64,000 nt of DNA from Podarcis vaucheri (taxonomy: Eukaryota). Made by a program: the position numbers and the translations under genes. The DNA lies in NCBI GenBank assembly GCA_965113315.1, contig OZ220364.1; one strand, written 5' to 3'. Below the pieces are notes generated by a model that ran no database searches, had not been told where the DNA came from, and saw only the letters and a list, made by a program, of their open reading frames with translations. Positions 12,801 through 24,000 of the stretch are shown piece after piece. Within the stretch, counting starts at the first letter, position 1. Every line of letters begins with the position of its first letter.

Positions 12801-13043
12801 ATAGAAGAGGAATACAAGCACACGTACAGCCACACACCCCAGGTCCGCAACGGGGGCACCAGGACCGGCGAGAAGCACAAGCTGGTTGGCAACTACCTCA
12901 ATGGGCTGGGCCGGAGCCAAGCCACCATGCACACCAGCACTCAGTACCTGGAGAGGACAGCATGCAGTGCCAGTGAAAACTTGGCAGTGGCCGAGCAGCC
13001 CCACTGCTACGAGTTCCCTGACACAGCCGAGAGCAACCTCTGA
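916..13043 (+). CDS. GCGR: Glucagon receptor (class B1 GPCR), 5'-partial; join(916-1037,1610-1716,3167-3320,4585-4744,9509-9569,9818-9887,10743-10831,11181-11319,11822-11863,12750-13043)
   Basis: Ten GT-AG exons splice in frame (1238 nt). Peptides match GCGR: [105 protein letters not shown]. Synteny with MCRIP1/PPP1R27/P4HB. Confidence 0.97.
1186..1515 (+). mobile_element. Sauria-type SINE, slightly 5'-truncated
   Basis: tRNA-like B box GGTTCGAATCC, core gtgcaagtagataaataggtacc, tail ccctttgccttta; flanked by 68-bp direct repeats. Confidence 0.88.
1610..1716 (+). CDS. GCGR: GCGR exon, stalk/TM1 (107 bp)
   Basis: ttccag|GAG...TTCAG|gtgcc; [35 protein letters not shown]. Confidence 0.95.
1895..2036 (+). 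mobile_element. tRNA-derived SINE with CR1-like tail
   Basis: A-box agctcagttgg, degenerate B box tttgatccc, 3' end ccttccaactctacaattctatg. Confidence 0.65.
3167..3320 (+). CDS. GCGR: GCGR exon, TM2/ECL1 (154 bp)
   Basis: ctccag|C...GAG|gtgag; [31 protein letters not shown]...WLSDE. Confidence 0.95.
3530..3904 (+). mobile_element. L2-clade LINE 3' fragment with (AAT)n tail
   Basis: Encodes [32 protein letters not shown], typical of an L2 ORF2 C-terminus; ends in (AAT)17(TAT)6. Confidence 0.75.
4585..4744 (+). CDS. GCGR: GCGR exon, TM3/ICL2 (160 bp)
   Basis: ccccag|GCA...TGGG|gtgag; [30 protein letters not shown]...YLCIGW. Confidence 0.96.
5433..5641. mobile_element. Tc1/mariner-type MITE, family A
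   Basis: TA|CAGTGGTACCTCGGGTTA...TAACCCGAGCTACCACTG|TA; related copies at 8291 and 47147. Confidence 0.85.
8291..8532. mobile_element. Tc1/mariner-type MITE, family A (opposite orientation to 5433 copy)
   Basis: Same TIRs and TA TSD. Confidence 0.85.
9509..9569 (+). CDS. GCGR: GCGR exon, TM4 (61 bp)
   Basis: ttccag|GG...ATTCA|gtaag; [21 protein letters not shown]. Confidence 0.94.
9818..9887 (+). CDS. GCGR: GCGR exon, ECL2/TM5 (70 bp)
   Basis: cctgag|A...TTG|gtgag; [23 protein letters not shown]; uncommon GAG acceptor. Confidence 0.93.
10743..10831 (+). CDS. GCGR: GCGR exon, TM5/ICL3 (89 bp)
   Basis: tttcag|ATC...TTCCG|gtact; [30 protein letters not shown]. Confidence 0.95.
11181..11319 (+). 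CDS. GCGR: GCGR exon, TM6/ECL3/TM7 (139 bp)
   Basis: atttag|G...CAG|gtgag; [46 protein letters not shown]. Confidence 0.96.
11426..11781. mobile_element. Tigger/mariner-like non-autonomous element, left end eroded
   Basis: cgtgtataagac at left is inverted to gtcttatacatg at right; right end gaaaaaatacag|TA; internal repeat ggggtcgtcttatacatgga. Confidence 0.55.
11822..11863 (+). CDS. GCGR: GCGR exon, TM7 (42 bp)
   Basis: ctttag|GGA...GAG|gtaag; [14 protein letters not shown]. Confidence 0.95.
12750..13043 (+). CDS. GCGR: GCGR last coding exon, helix 8 and C-tail
   Basis: ccatag|GTG; [15 protein letters not shown]...FPDTAESNL then TGA. Confidence 0.95.
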   Translation: MQSELMKKWTRWKLGWDIEEEYKHTYSHTPQVRNGGTRTGEKHKLVGNYLNGLGRSQATMHTSTQYLERTACSASENLAVAEQPHCYEFPDTAESNL

Positions 13044-13557
13044 AGCTGACTTGCCCGTCTGCCCCTGGCTTATGGGGCCTGTCTCACTCTTTGCCCCCTG
13101 AGGCAGCCGTCCTGCAGAGCAAAGAGGGCAGCTGGCAGCCCAGGAGGCTGTGGGACACATGACTGGAAAGTGTGCCCTCTGCCAAGCAGCTCGGCACTGA
13201 CTAGATGGTGCAAATTCCTTTTCCGTGCTGGAGACATGCTTACGAGAGACCCAGCAAGACGAGCTGCCTTGCCTGTCCGCATGCTGAATGCTCCAGGACA
13301 TGAGATCCAGGGGACAGCCCAGCCACAGGGCATCCTGACAGAGGGGACAATGCCAGACAAGATTTGTAGTGGGAGGAGATTCTGTACAATTGTTAGGAAA
13401 CTTTGAAAGCCTGCACATTTATGATTGTGCCAGAATCAGCACTGATCAGACTCCTTAAGAATCTCCGATTTCCTCTTTTTTAAAAAAACAACAACCAAAA
13501 TCCAACAACCAAGTTTCTAGTCCTCATAAATTAGAGAACAAGCACTATCTGCAAAAT

Positions 13558-13558
<1 letters not shown>

Positions 13559-13596
<38 letters not shown>
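13559..13596. repeat. (CA)n microsatellite in GCGR 3' UTR
   Basis: ~19 uninterrupted CA units. Confidence 0.95.
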
Positions 13597-13598
<2 letters not shown>

Positions 13599-14150
13599 GT
13601 CTGTGCAATTATTTTTTTAAATCAGTCATAGGGAAGGATATATCTAGAGGCTATCATGTTTCTTTCATTTTCCCCAAACAAATTGTGCAGCAAAACATGC
13701 AAACGTATGTATGATTGTCCAATGCCAAGTGTCCCATTTGCAAAAGGTCAAATTTAGTGGGCTCTCTGAGTACCAACTTTGCAGATCCACATTCGCACAT
13801 ATGGAAATGTAGTCTCTGGAAAAGAGATGTCTTTGCCTTCTGGGCACATGGGATGGCATACCACTTAAAGAGATATTTTGGGGCGGTGCAGAAAGCATTG
13901 CCTGCAGAGTTTGGAAGGAAAACAGCACTACCATTCAGTATATAAATCTACGTGGAAGTGACACGGCTCACTTGGGTCACTGACTTTGTACGTGGCTGTA
14001 CCATTGCATCCACACTGTGGGCATGCTTGCGCCTTCTGTGCTGGGTGACTCTGTAAATCTACTTGTGTGGGCAATACAAGCTCTGAGGGCCTCTTCTGTG
14101 TCTGAGTATGTCTGCCTGTCAGTGCCAATGTTCAGGTGATTGAAGGACCC

Positions 14151-14156
14151 AATAAA
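14151..14156 (+). terminator. Candidate GCGR polyadenylation signal
   Basis: First AATAAA I find after the stop codon (~1.1 kb 3' UTR). Confidence 0.55.
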
Positions 14157-16940
14157 TTGTGCTGTATGTCCTGGCAACTTAGACGGTGCCTCCTGATGCA
14201 CTGAGATGTTTATCCTTGCTGGGGCCTGGACTGCCTTTCATTCACCAGCATGGACAGGAACAGGTGTCCTGCACCAGCCTTGTCCTTCAGAAGTACTAAC
14301 CTTTCCAGGGAGGCCACGCAGCGGCTTTAAATTAGAACCACTGCAAGAAACAGGTAATTGCCAACTCCTTCCCCTGTGTGATGTCCCATCCAGTCCCCAA
14401 GTCCCTTTACAAAAGTGCTTCACTAGCACCCTTTGATGCCAAAATCTCCAAGCAGCAACCATTGGTGTGTTCTTCTTTAAGAACACTGCATTCCACGCTG
14501 CCCAAAAAGTGTTTCGTATTTTTTTTAAAAAAAAATATTTGCTGCACATGTACATGCACATGTGCATGCACGCACAAATGTGGCTTCTGAACATGAACAG
14601 CCACATAATAACTCCATGCGTGCACATCTTAGTGATGTGCCATAGCAGGACACCAACTGCAGTATGGAAGAAGTCTTCAGTGCAGGCATGTTAGGAAATC
14701 ATCACAGCAGTCAGAGGCCATCAGCTTCCTGCTACCTCCCTCCTGCCCATTCCCATTTGCAGCCAGTCTAAGCACTGGCAGGAAACAATCACCTTCAGCT
14801 GTGGCAGGCTTCAGGAGGCAGGTGGTCCGGTGGGGCAGAGAGCAGATTTCTCTCCATTCCTTACCTGCTTCCAGCCTGGTTTCTTCCTCTTCCATCCCAT
14901 CACTGGTCTGCCCGTATACTATGGTGTGGATTCCCTCTGTGGGCACAGAATGCTTTCTAGCCATGGACTTGTTGTCTGGTCTTAGACAGATTGCTTTCTT
15001 TCTGCCTCTGCAGCTTTCCTGTGAATGGGAATCGACTATAAACCAGAAACGTAATTTTCATTATTTTCTGCTGCGTACCAATTGTCTGGCCTTGAGCAAG
15101 TATTTTTTTTAGCCCTTGCTCCAACTGCTAAGTCCAATAGGACTGCTCAGGGGGTCTCCATCACAGGTGGTCATCACACGGAAAATATCGGCAGGAGTAG
15201 CATTTTCATTGTGAAGGCCTTGTTCTCTTTACTTCTGGTGGAGGGAGACATGTACACATAGAATGAGCTGGAATAAAGTTAGGCAGTGCAGAATTGTAAC
15301 AGGTTGATCTAAGAAAGGTCCCCCTAAAGCTGCCAAGGTGTATTTTTAAGATTAAATACTGTTCACATTATCTGACCTGGAATAAGGCCTGAATGCCAAC
15401 TGAAAGGGCCTGGGGCAAGGTTACTGCTCATTGTGGATTCTTACAGACATCTGTGGAAACAGTTTGAATGCTTATACAAGCCTGAAAAAAAGCACTCATA
15501 TTGACATGTAATTTGATTCACAAAGCATTATTTGAGATAGCAACAGCAGGCAAAACTTGAAGATGGGACAAAGAGATCCTACTGAGGAAGAAGAGAGAGC
15601 AGGTAAGCTTGAAAATGAACTTGCAGCACATCCCAGATCCTTTTCTGTTAGGAAGGAACCTGTGACACTCCAGGTATTGCAGGACTACATGATCCTCCCT
15701 GATCATTGACCATCCCAGCCAGAGCTGATGGGAGTTAAGAGTCCAAAAACATCTTGAGGGCCACAGGTTTCCCATACCTGTGATATTAGATCACTGAAAT
15801 CATACTGACTGCTCAGCTCTGCAGCCCTGCCCAGTCATGTCACTCAATAATCCACTAGTGGCGTCACTTCTGCAGAGGACCACACTTGAGAAAGTGCATG
15901 GCCCTTTTCCTGACGTGGGATGATGACGCACCCATTGTGCTCCCTTTGGATGCAGAAGAAACGTAAATTGTGTAACATCGTTCACAAACACATAGCACTT
16001 GTCGTCGTCGTCCCCGTCCCCCCCCTCCCAAGCTATGTGCGCAAACAGGAGAGCATAGTTATGTCACACACTTGCGCTCTCTCCAGTTCCTTTGTGCCTC
16101 TGCCTAAGGTGCTTTGGCAGCATGTGACTTCTAAGTCTCCCTGAGCTAGTTTTAGGAACACGACAATCCCCTTGTTCATGGGATTAGTCCCCCTGTCTCT
16201 CCCCCAGTGCACCACCTCCCAAAATGTCCCCCCAAACAGGGAAGCATATGCCAAATTAACACTCCGCTCGCTGCTACGCATGCACACCCTCTTCAGTTTG
16301 ACAGTGGGGTACATGCACACAGCCAGTTATTTGCTTGGCATTCATAATGCCTGTGACCCTCCAGCAAACGCCTTCCTCATTTCATCTCCCACTGGTTTTA
16401 ATTCAAAACAACACCTCGTTCCCAAACCGTGAGATGTAGAGATTTTCCTTCCCTCATTTGGGAAGGAACACAATCCAGTGCCCTCTGCGCCCTCAGCCAG
16501 ACCGCAGTCACACCTGGGGCCTGATTGGCTTAAGACCCAACAGACTGTAAACATGTCCCAGAGCCAACATCAATGGCCACAGGGTACCCACGCATTCTGT
16601 TTAGGACTCAAGAATCTGAAAGGCACAGCAGGCCCAAGTGACCATTTAATCCGAGCCTTCACTCCATGTTAACATGCAACAGGAGAAGAGACGCAGAATC
16701 CCGCAAAGTAGGGCAATCTGTGCAATCTGGAGAAAAATGCTTTCTGCTCCAAATGATGGCAGTGATGGCTGTTTTGAAAATTCAGACATGCTGAACTCGC
16801 AGAGCTTACCAAATGCTTTCTTTTATTCCAGCAAGCATTTTAATTGAAGTCTGATTTTAAAGGTTTAACCCATTTTTAGTCTTGTAGTATTGGGTCCCCT
16901 GTACAACTGCTTAGAGAAGGCTGTGGTGAAGCGGCACACA

Positions 16941-17255
16941 GTTGCTGGTATCCGTCTGTCTGGGGAGACAATGGAAGAATGCACTATCAGGCGTAAAGTC
17001 AAACTGCTGGAAAGTTACAGTGCCTGCTGTGGCTGTAGAGACCGATATAGGAGAGACATGTTTTATTGCAGCTGGGGCAGATGAAGGAATCTGGTTTAAC
17101 GGTTGGAGATGCACCATGGCATTTCTTTTCTCTGTGCTCCTCCCAGCAGTCTAGAGGATGTGACCTAGAGGAGAAATGACTGCTTGGATACATGACCAGT
17201 CTGTCTCCAAGCACTGCAGTTGTCTGCAAGGGATTCGCACATGGTGGGGCATACA
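16941..17255 (-). mobile_element. RTE-clade LINE 3' fragment
   Basis: Minus-strand peptides ESLADNCSAWRQ and WEEHREKK...FICPSCNKTCLSYIGLYSHSRHC (C-terminal Cys/His motif as I recall from RTE ORFs). Confidence 0.7.
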
Positions 17256-20200
17256 AGTGTCATACAAATTGTTGAAATAAATAAATAAGTTGCTGTCTTG
17301 CATATAAGCTCACACTGCACATGGAATACAAGCCCAGTGACCAGAAGTGCAAGTTGTCTTTGGAAACATAACAGCAGTATTTGCCTGGTTTATTGTTTTC
17401 CTCTCTCTTGCAACCTTCACACCCAAGAGCAGCCGAGAATGGACTCAAGAACCACCACCTCAGCCATCTGTTCACAGGCCTGTGGTGAGCAAGGGGCACA
17501 GACTGAGCTGATGTCTCTCCCCACCCCCTGCAAGGAAGCCACTGCCGTCACCGGGTGCCTCTGACTGAGATAACGAGCCTAATTGAAGCAAATTGCCGGA
17601 GCACAAAGGCACTTGATGCAAAGGTAAATATGGCTGGTGGCGGGTCAGGTGCATGGCATGGATGGCTCATTCTTCCCAGTTGTCAAAGTATCTCAAAAGT
17701 GAAGCCCAAGAAAGATGCCTCGTGCCTGTCCTCTGAAAGGGAGCGCCCACAATGCTGTTGCCTTCAAAGAGGCTGAGAGACTGGTGTGACTACCACAGTG
17801 GAGAGAGGGGAGCAATTGCACTCAGGTTCTGTGATGCTCAAATTCCAAGACGAGCAACGACATACTTGATCATGACCTGTCTCCCGCCGACTCAGTTCCA
17901 AGACTATGTGGGATGGTGGACAATGTCCCCATGGCAGAACTTTCAGTGTAGCATGTTTGTGGACTTAGATGTGGACTCAAACAGGTAAGCACCATAGGGC
18001 CAGCCCATAGCCAAGGGGGCTGGCTGTACCATCGTCACAAAGAGTCCAGGGAGACTGACTTTCGACCTTCACTGATACGAATCCTAGGCAGGCCTTGGAC
18101 TCCTGGCAGCAGGCATGGTTGGCACACACCGTCCTTATCTCCCACCCTATGTAACTGTGCCCAAATGCAGAAAGCTGTGTCTCTATTGGCACACTGAGTA
18201 GAGTTGGCAGGATAAATTACAGCCCAGAGAGCACAGCACCCTAGGCACTCCTGTCTGTCGTGTGGGCGATGCTGCGCCTCTGACAGCCACTTAGTCTCCA
18301 AGCGCAGACAGAAACTTATGTAAGAGCCCCATCGGGGTCAATTTCACGGTCCAGATCCTAGAGCCTAGGGAGCAGGCAGAGACCCCACCCACACAACACA
18401 GGAGGTGCCGGCAGACATTCCTTCCTATTCCTGGCATGGGCTGCTCTGATCTTATCAACAAATGCTCACGATGGGAAACTCTGGCCTATGGTGTCATGAA
18501 CTTCGCCCAGAAAGGTGATTTAGAAAGAGCTAATTTTGCTGCCACTCTCTACCCCACTACACACACACACACAACCTATTGATTCTTGGGGCCCATAAAT
18601 TGTACCCTGCCACATGTGTCTCTCAGAGGACTACTCCCAAAACAACTTGTGTCAGCCCAACTTCAACACATCCCCCACTAGCTCCTCTTATCACTGCCTG
18701 CATTTCCCAATGAAGTGAGGCCAATTTAGGGAAATTTGTTCTCCTCAGTTGCAAAGTTCTCTCACAGTGCAAAGAGCAGAAAGTGAAGCGGTTTCCTGGG
18801 CCCCACCAGTGCTGCTTGCTTCCCCAGCACTCTTGGGTTCCATGCGCCACAGGGAAGGCAGAAGATCAAATGAACTGACATTTTCTCCCAGCTGTAAAGG
18901 ACTGTGGCACATGTCATCTGCGAAGGATGGGCTTCCATGGTAACAGGGGATGCTCTGACAAGAGCAACACTAGCTAGGCAGGAATCCAGACTACTTAGGA
19001 GGAATGAGTTACCTGCTGGTGGACACAGGCATGACTAAACACTAGGAGACAAGGACTTATCACAAAGTACATATAGACCAGCTCTGCCTAAGCACAGGTG
19101 AGCAACTTGTGATTGTGGAAGGGGGATGTTTTTAAGCCAGGCCATGCTGGTTCATATACACACATTACCTTGCTCACAGGAGTGATGGACTCTGGAGCTA
19201 GCAGACTACTTCATATGGAGAGGAGCCTGTAAAATTAGCAAGCAACTGCACAGATGTCAAGGACTGGTACGATCATTCCTTTGCTAAATATACAATTACT
19301 GAAAAGGAGGACAATCAATCTTGAGTCTTGTTTCATATAGGAGTGGATATCCACAATCAATCTTTACACTAGCCTCAGTACTGACTGATTTCCCCCATCC
19401 CTCTGTGCAAACAGTATCAAAGAATAAGATTTCAGAAGAGGGGGAGAGAATAGGAGCGTCAGAAGAGCGGGGGGGGGGGCTAGATGGGGCATGTGCAGCA
19501 ATTCATGTGTCTTGCAAGGTGTCCAAGAAAAATATATAGGAAAAGAAGCTATAGCTGTCCCATCCACCACTCTGGGGTCAAAACAGTGAGACTTGATGTC
19601 CTTCTGAAATCTTTTCTCGGTTTAATTTATAAGATTCAGCCAGGCCTGCAATTTAAACAGAGCTGAAACAGTCAGAAGGAATAACTATTTCCAGCATTAT
19701 TTCATTTGAATGATGATTCAAGGCCCATGTATGAAAACATCACTTTAAAGTGTTTTATAGAAATGTGTTTTCTATTCTGCTGCAAAGAAGTTCAGTAAAA
19801 CCTCAAAACGTACTTTCACCACTTAGGCACATGCATTTCTGTGGATTAAAAGAGACATCATAATGTTTACACACTTTTAAATGCTAGCGCCTTAGGAATA
19901 ATGTATGGAGAGGAAACGCACCATAATCAGCCTAATGAGTTTGGGAAGCTGTCATTCGGTTTCTGTTGCTCTCCTAGGGCCTTTTATTATCTCAATACTA
20001 TCTTGTTTGTAACAACTCAGCGTTAATGGTAGTGATTCATTTTGCTCTTCACAGCGTAAAATTTGGTCATTAAAAGAAAATCAGATAACTGTCACAATCC
20101 TAGCTCTCTTACCAAATAAAATAAAACTAAACTGTTGGCTTCAGGAAAAATAAACAAACACATGCTAAACATATTCAGGAGCTATGTGGAATAAAAATGT

Positions 20201-20739
20201 TTCCACACTATACAAACTCCTTTTTAGATGGGAGCTAAGGAAAGCTAATGGATATGTAAACAAAGAGGACAAGAACCTTAAAACTAAACCCAGCCAAAAT
20301 TAAGTACTTTTAAGTTTCCTTATTTCAGGAACGGCACTTGCTTAACTTTTCCTATCATTATCGACTGCATTTTGAAAAGCTTAATTAAATCAAGCTTTGA
20401 AAAACAACAGCTTTGAATTCCAAAAAGTCACTGAAACCTATTTAAAATTATATATTCTGCAGCTCAAAGCAGAAAAAGTCATTCAGGTATCTAGATCCCC
20501 TTGTCATGACTCATAGGATAAGAGAAACTAGTTCATTCATAGATCAGGTTAAAAGAAGAATGAGCCTTGAGATGAATGGGATTTTTCACCACGTAGAAAA
20601 GGCAAACTGCAGGATGTCTCACAGTTTACCCATTGATTAACTGGAAAAGGGGATGGAGAGGAAGTCTGCACAACCGGCAGACAATCAGTTTGATTTAGCA
20701 CTATTAAGCTCATAAAATGCTGCAACAGACTTACACACA

Positions 20740-21075
20740 GATCTCATAAAATGCCTCATAAGAAACAATGCAATCAAATTCAAGGTTGAGAAGCACAAGT
20801 GTTGGGATTCTAGAAAAATGAAGTATGCAGAAAAGACATCTGATAATCCTTACAGATAACACAGCTCACTGAGAAAATATCAACTTGATGTACTGAACAG
20901 TCCTCAAAGAGACAATGTCAGGAACTGTTAGGGGAAACATAAAAATAAAACAAAAAATATCACAACCACATATATTCGGGGTGTCAGCCTAACTTGAATA
21001 CTGTGCTATTTTCACCCTATCTCAAGAAGCTACTAATTTGTCACAGAAGAATTGAAAAAACTGCAGTGAAAAGCA
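20740..21075 (+). mobile_element. Ancient CR1 ORF2 remnant
   Basis: Frameshifted similarity to PHLEYCVQFWSPYLKKD...LEKVQ (cctaacttgaatactgtgc...tcaccctatctcaagaag...gaattgaaaaaactgcag). Confidence 0.4.
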
Positions 21076-24000
21076 CATGCGAACACATACATCTGTGGGG
21101 GAGAAAGCAGTTTCCAGTATTTGCAGTACAAGCAACCTAATTTCATTCTGGTATTGTTTGAGTTCACTTTTGTTATAGGGCGTTTGCCTTTTGTAATTCC
21201 AAATATAACTTGCATTCACTGCCCTACTGCTGCCATGGCACCTCCATCCCTCAGGTTGCACAGGACATTCCTAGAGATGTGCAGTCAAGCTTTGGTTCCA
21301 AGATGCTTCTATTGACCATCCTTTTAAAAACTAGTCATCTAGAGCCAAATGTATGCTTGTACCTTGTGAAAACAGTGCTGCCGCCCCAAATTCATTCTGT
21401 ACTTGAAAGTATAGACTGAGCAGGTACAAGAACACCTACACAGATCAAGTGTACAGACTGAACTGTAGACATCCACTATAGTAAGTTGATGCAGAAATTT
21501 GGCTCTATCCCAAACACACATCTGAACCACACCACCAGGGATTCCATCCATGCCTATGAGGGTTCCTAGATCCTTTCACGCAGACCACATAACCGAATGC
21601 GTGTTTTGCGTATCTCAGCTCTGCGCCAACATCAGTATAATGACTACATAATTAAAGGCTTAAATGAAGGGAACAATGTTTTCTATCAGGGGCTGTTGGC
21701 CAAGCGCGTCATTAGAACTGAGTCACAACAATGAGCAACTCATTTCCAGGAACCACCCCCTCTAGATGCAGAAGAGGAAGGGCTTACTGATGCAAGGTGC
21801 AAATAGAACAGAGTCCCTCCCAATTTCTGGTAGCGTTATGGATTTCATAAGGGGTATATATGGCCAATGACAGATCTGTTCTCCTTGAAAATCTTCCGGG
21901 CATTTTAGAAGCCAATTCCGTACTTAGTTCTCATCACGATTCTGATTGACGAAATCCAGCAATCAGTCTGCATACATCATTCACAGGGGTTTCTTAGCCT
22001 ATTGTCATAGCAAACTGTCCTAGCTTAACAGGAGCCGTGTGGTTATCTGGCTACTGTCAGGATTGAATATGGAAAATCTAGGATTCAAAAGCTGGTTCAG
22101 CCCCAGGCTCATTGAGTAAGCCTAGGCAAATCACTTTCTCTCTGCCTACCTAACCTACAGTACAAAGGGCAGGGACTGTGAGGGCAACTCCAGGCTGTAT
22201 TTTGCAGGAGGGATTCAAGTGCATACCAATTAAAGTGGATTAGAGTGCTCTGTCACCATAGTGCAACAAATCCTTTTTTAAAATGGATTTTTGTGATTAA
22301 GAAAGTGAAGAGGAAATGCACTGGCACGAATGGATAACGGAAAGGTGTATGAACACCCGACCAGCAAATCAGAACATATGCTCAGTAAAGACCACACATA
22401 AACTAACCTCTGCATAAGGTTAAATTGTGCAAGTAAATGAGGATGAATGCTCAATAAATAGGTTGTCTGGAGGAGCCCTGAGGTTAGCACCCATACGGAG
22501 GACCTTGGAAGGGCAGCATACATGTGCGGCAGATAAATTATTGCTTTAAAACTTCTCACACATAACTAGATGGATGGTTGGGTGATGCTGTGTATTCTCA
22601 TCTGAATGAAAAGAGCTGAAGATGCGTTTGTAGACTCAACCCTCAGCACCTAGGCTACCTTGGGCATAAGGAAGACTAGGCTTGAAAAATTCACACTTTC
22701 TATGTCAATAAGTATTTAGGGAAATCTTCATGTTTCGAAGATAGCTCTTGCTGGTTAGTTAGTTAATTTATTAATACCACTTTGCTCTTCCTCACCCAGG
22801 AAAGGTCAAAACCACTTCATGATTTCTAGAACTTAACTCCCCGCCCCAACTATGCTGGATAACTGGAGAACAAGTGGTGCCATGATAAAAACAGACTGCA
22901 GAAATTGATTTTGCTTAGCACAGAAAATACTAAGAGGTGACATAATCTACTATTCAACTACTTGAAGGCCTGTCAACAGCAGGAAACAAATAGAAGAGCT
23001 CTACCAACCACCCAAAAGGTTGATGCTTGGCTTTAGGAAGAACGTTTTAACTCTATGATGATAGAAGACTATAAATGTTTGGTTAGGAATATGGTGGAAT
23101 ATGCTGATGGTGCTGAACTATTGTACATTTTAAAACTTAGTTCCCTGTTACTGTAGTTTAATGATCAGTATCCTGCCTCAGAATAAACCACGTACTCTTT
23201 GGATATTAGGCTTTGCAGGTGCCAGTTCTTCCTTTCCAGGAGTTCTTCACTCTACCTCTGGGACACAGCAAGCTTAGTTTATTATTTCTAGTTTTTTTAT
23301 AAGCTGGGAATAGATCACAAGGCATACATCTACCTATATTAACCTTGTTTGTACGTTTTTCTGTTGTGCAACTGGGACAGCATACTGAGCAGGTCAGGCC
23401 GTCAACTCAATCTAGTCTGGTACAGTTGATGTTCTTGTGACTGGTTTCTTTTTCTTGTCTATTCACTCCCTAATGAGAGCCAAGACTTCGCCAACAAGGC
23501 ATGTTTCATTTGTATCAGCACTGCCATCTTCAGACAAAAACAGGGAATGTCCCACAAATTTTATCCAAACTTATTTCCCCATCAGGACAGAGAAAACATG
23601 GGAGCTCAAGGGAATTGCTTCACACTTTGGCTCCTTTCACTTGACACGAGAGAGAAAACAGGAATGAGAGAAGAGGGTGCTCTTTGTTGGACTCAGTTTT
23701 ACGATATTTTTATTTTCAGCCAGCCAAGCCACTTCCATTTTGTTTATGGGCATAAAGGATTGCAGCCTCCTTACATTTATGGATGAAACCAATTAAACAA
23801 GTTTCGGTCCATCCAGCTAGAGCTTGGGTCCTCCAAATTCTCTCTCTTGTGCCATACTGTTATCACACAAGTTGCTGACTTCCATGTGGATATGAAAGTG
23901 GAACAAAGAAGGCCTCACACGGATTGACACACCACTTCAGGCCCCCTGCCGCCTGCTGAGCAGATCTCACCTTATCCACACCTGCGCTGCTGTACAGCCA

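Noticed and set aside
12756-13418. 220-aa minus-strand ORF overlapping the GCGR last exon
   Set aside because: Antisense shadow of GC-rich coding/UTR sequence; no recognisable domain
16999-17256. Apparent zinc-finger microprotein (CPSCNKTC...HSRHC)
   Set aside because: Better explained as the C-terminus of an RTE LINE ORF
17896-17984. Plus-strand exon-like segment (FQDYVGWWTMSPWQNFQCSMFVDLDVDSN, AG|gtaag); similar donors at ~15603 and ~29680
   Set aside because: No recognisable family and no phase-consistent chain of exons could be built; isolated splice-like sites are expected by chance
19468-19484. Poly-G followed by CTAGA, seen here and at ~28026-28041
   Set aside because: No similarity beyond the homopolymer plus 5 bp; treated as coincidence
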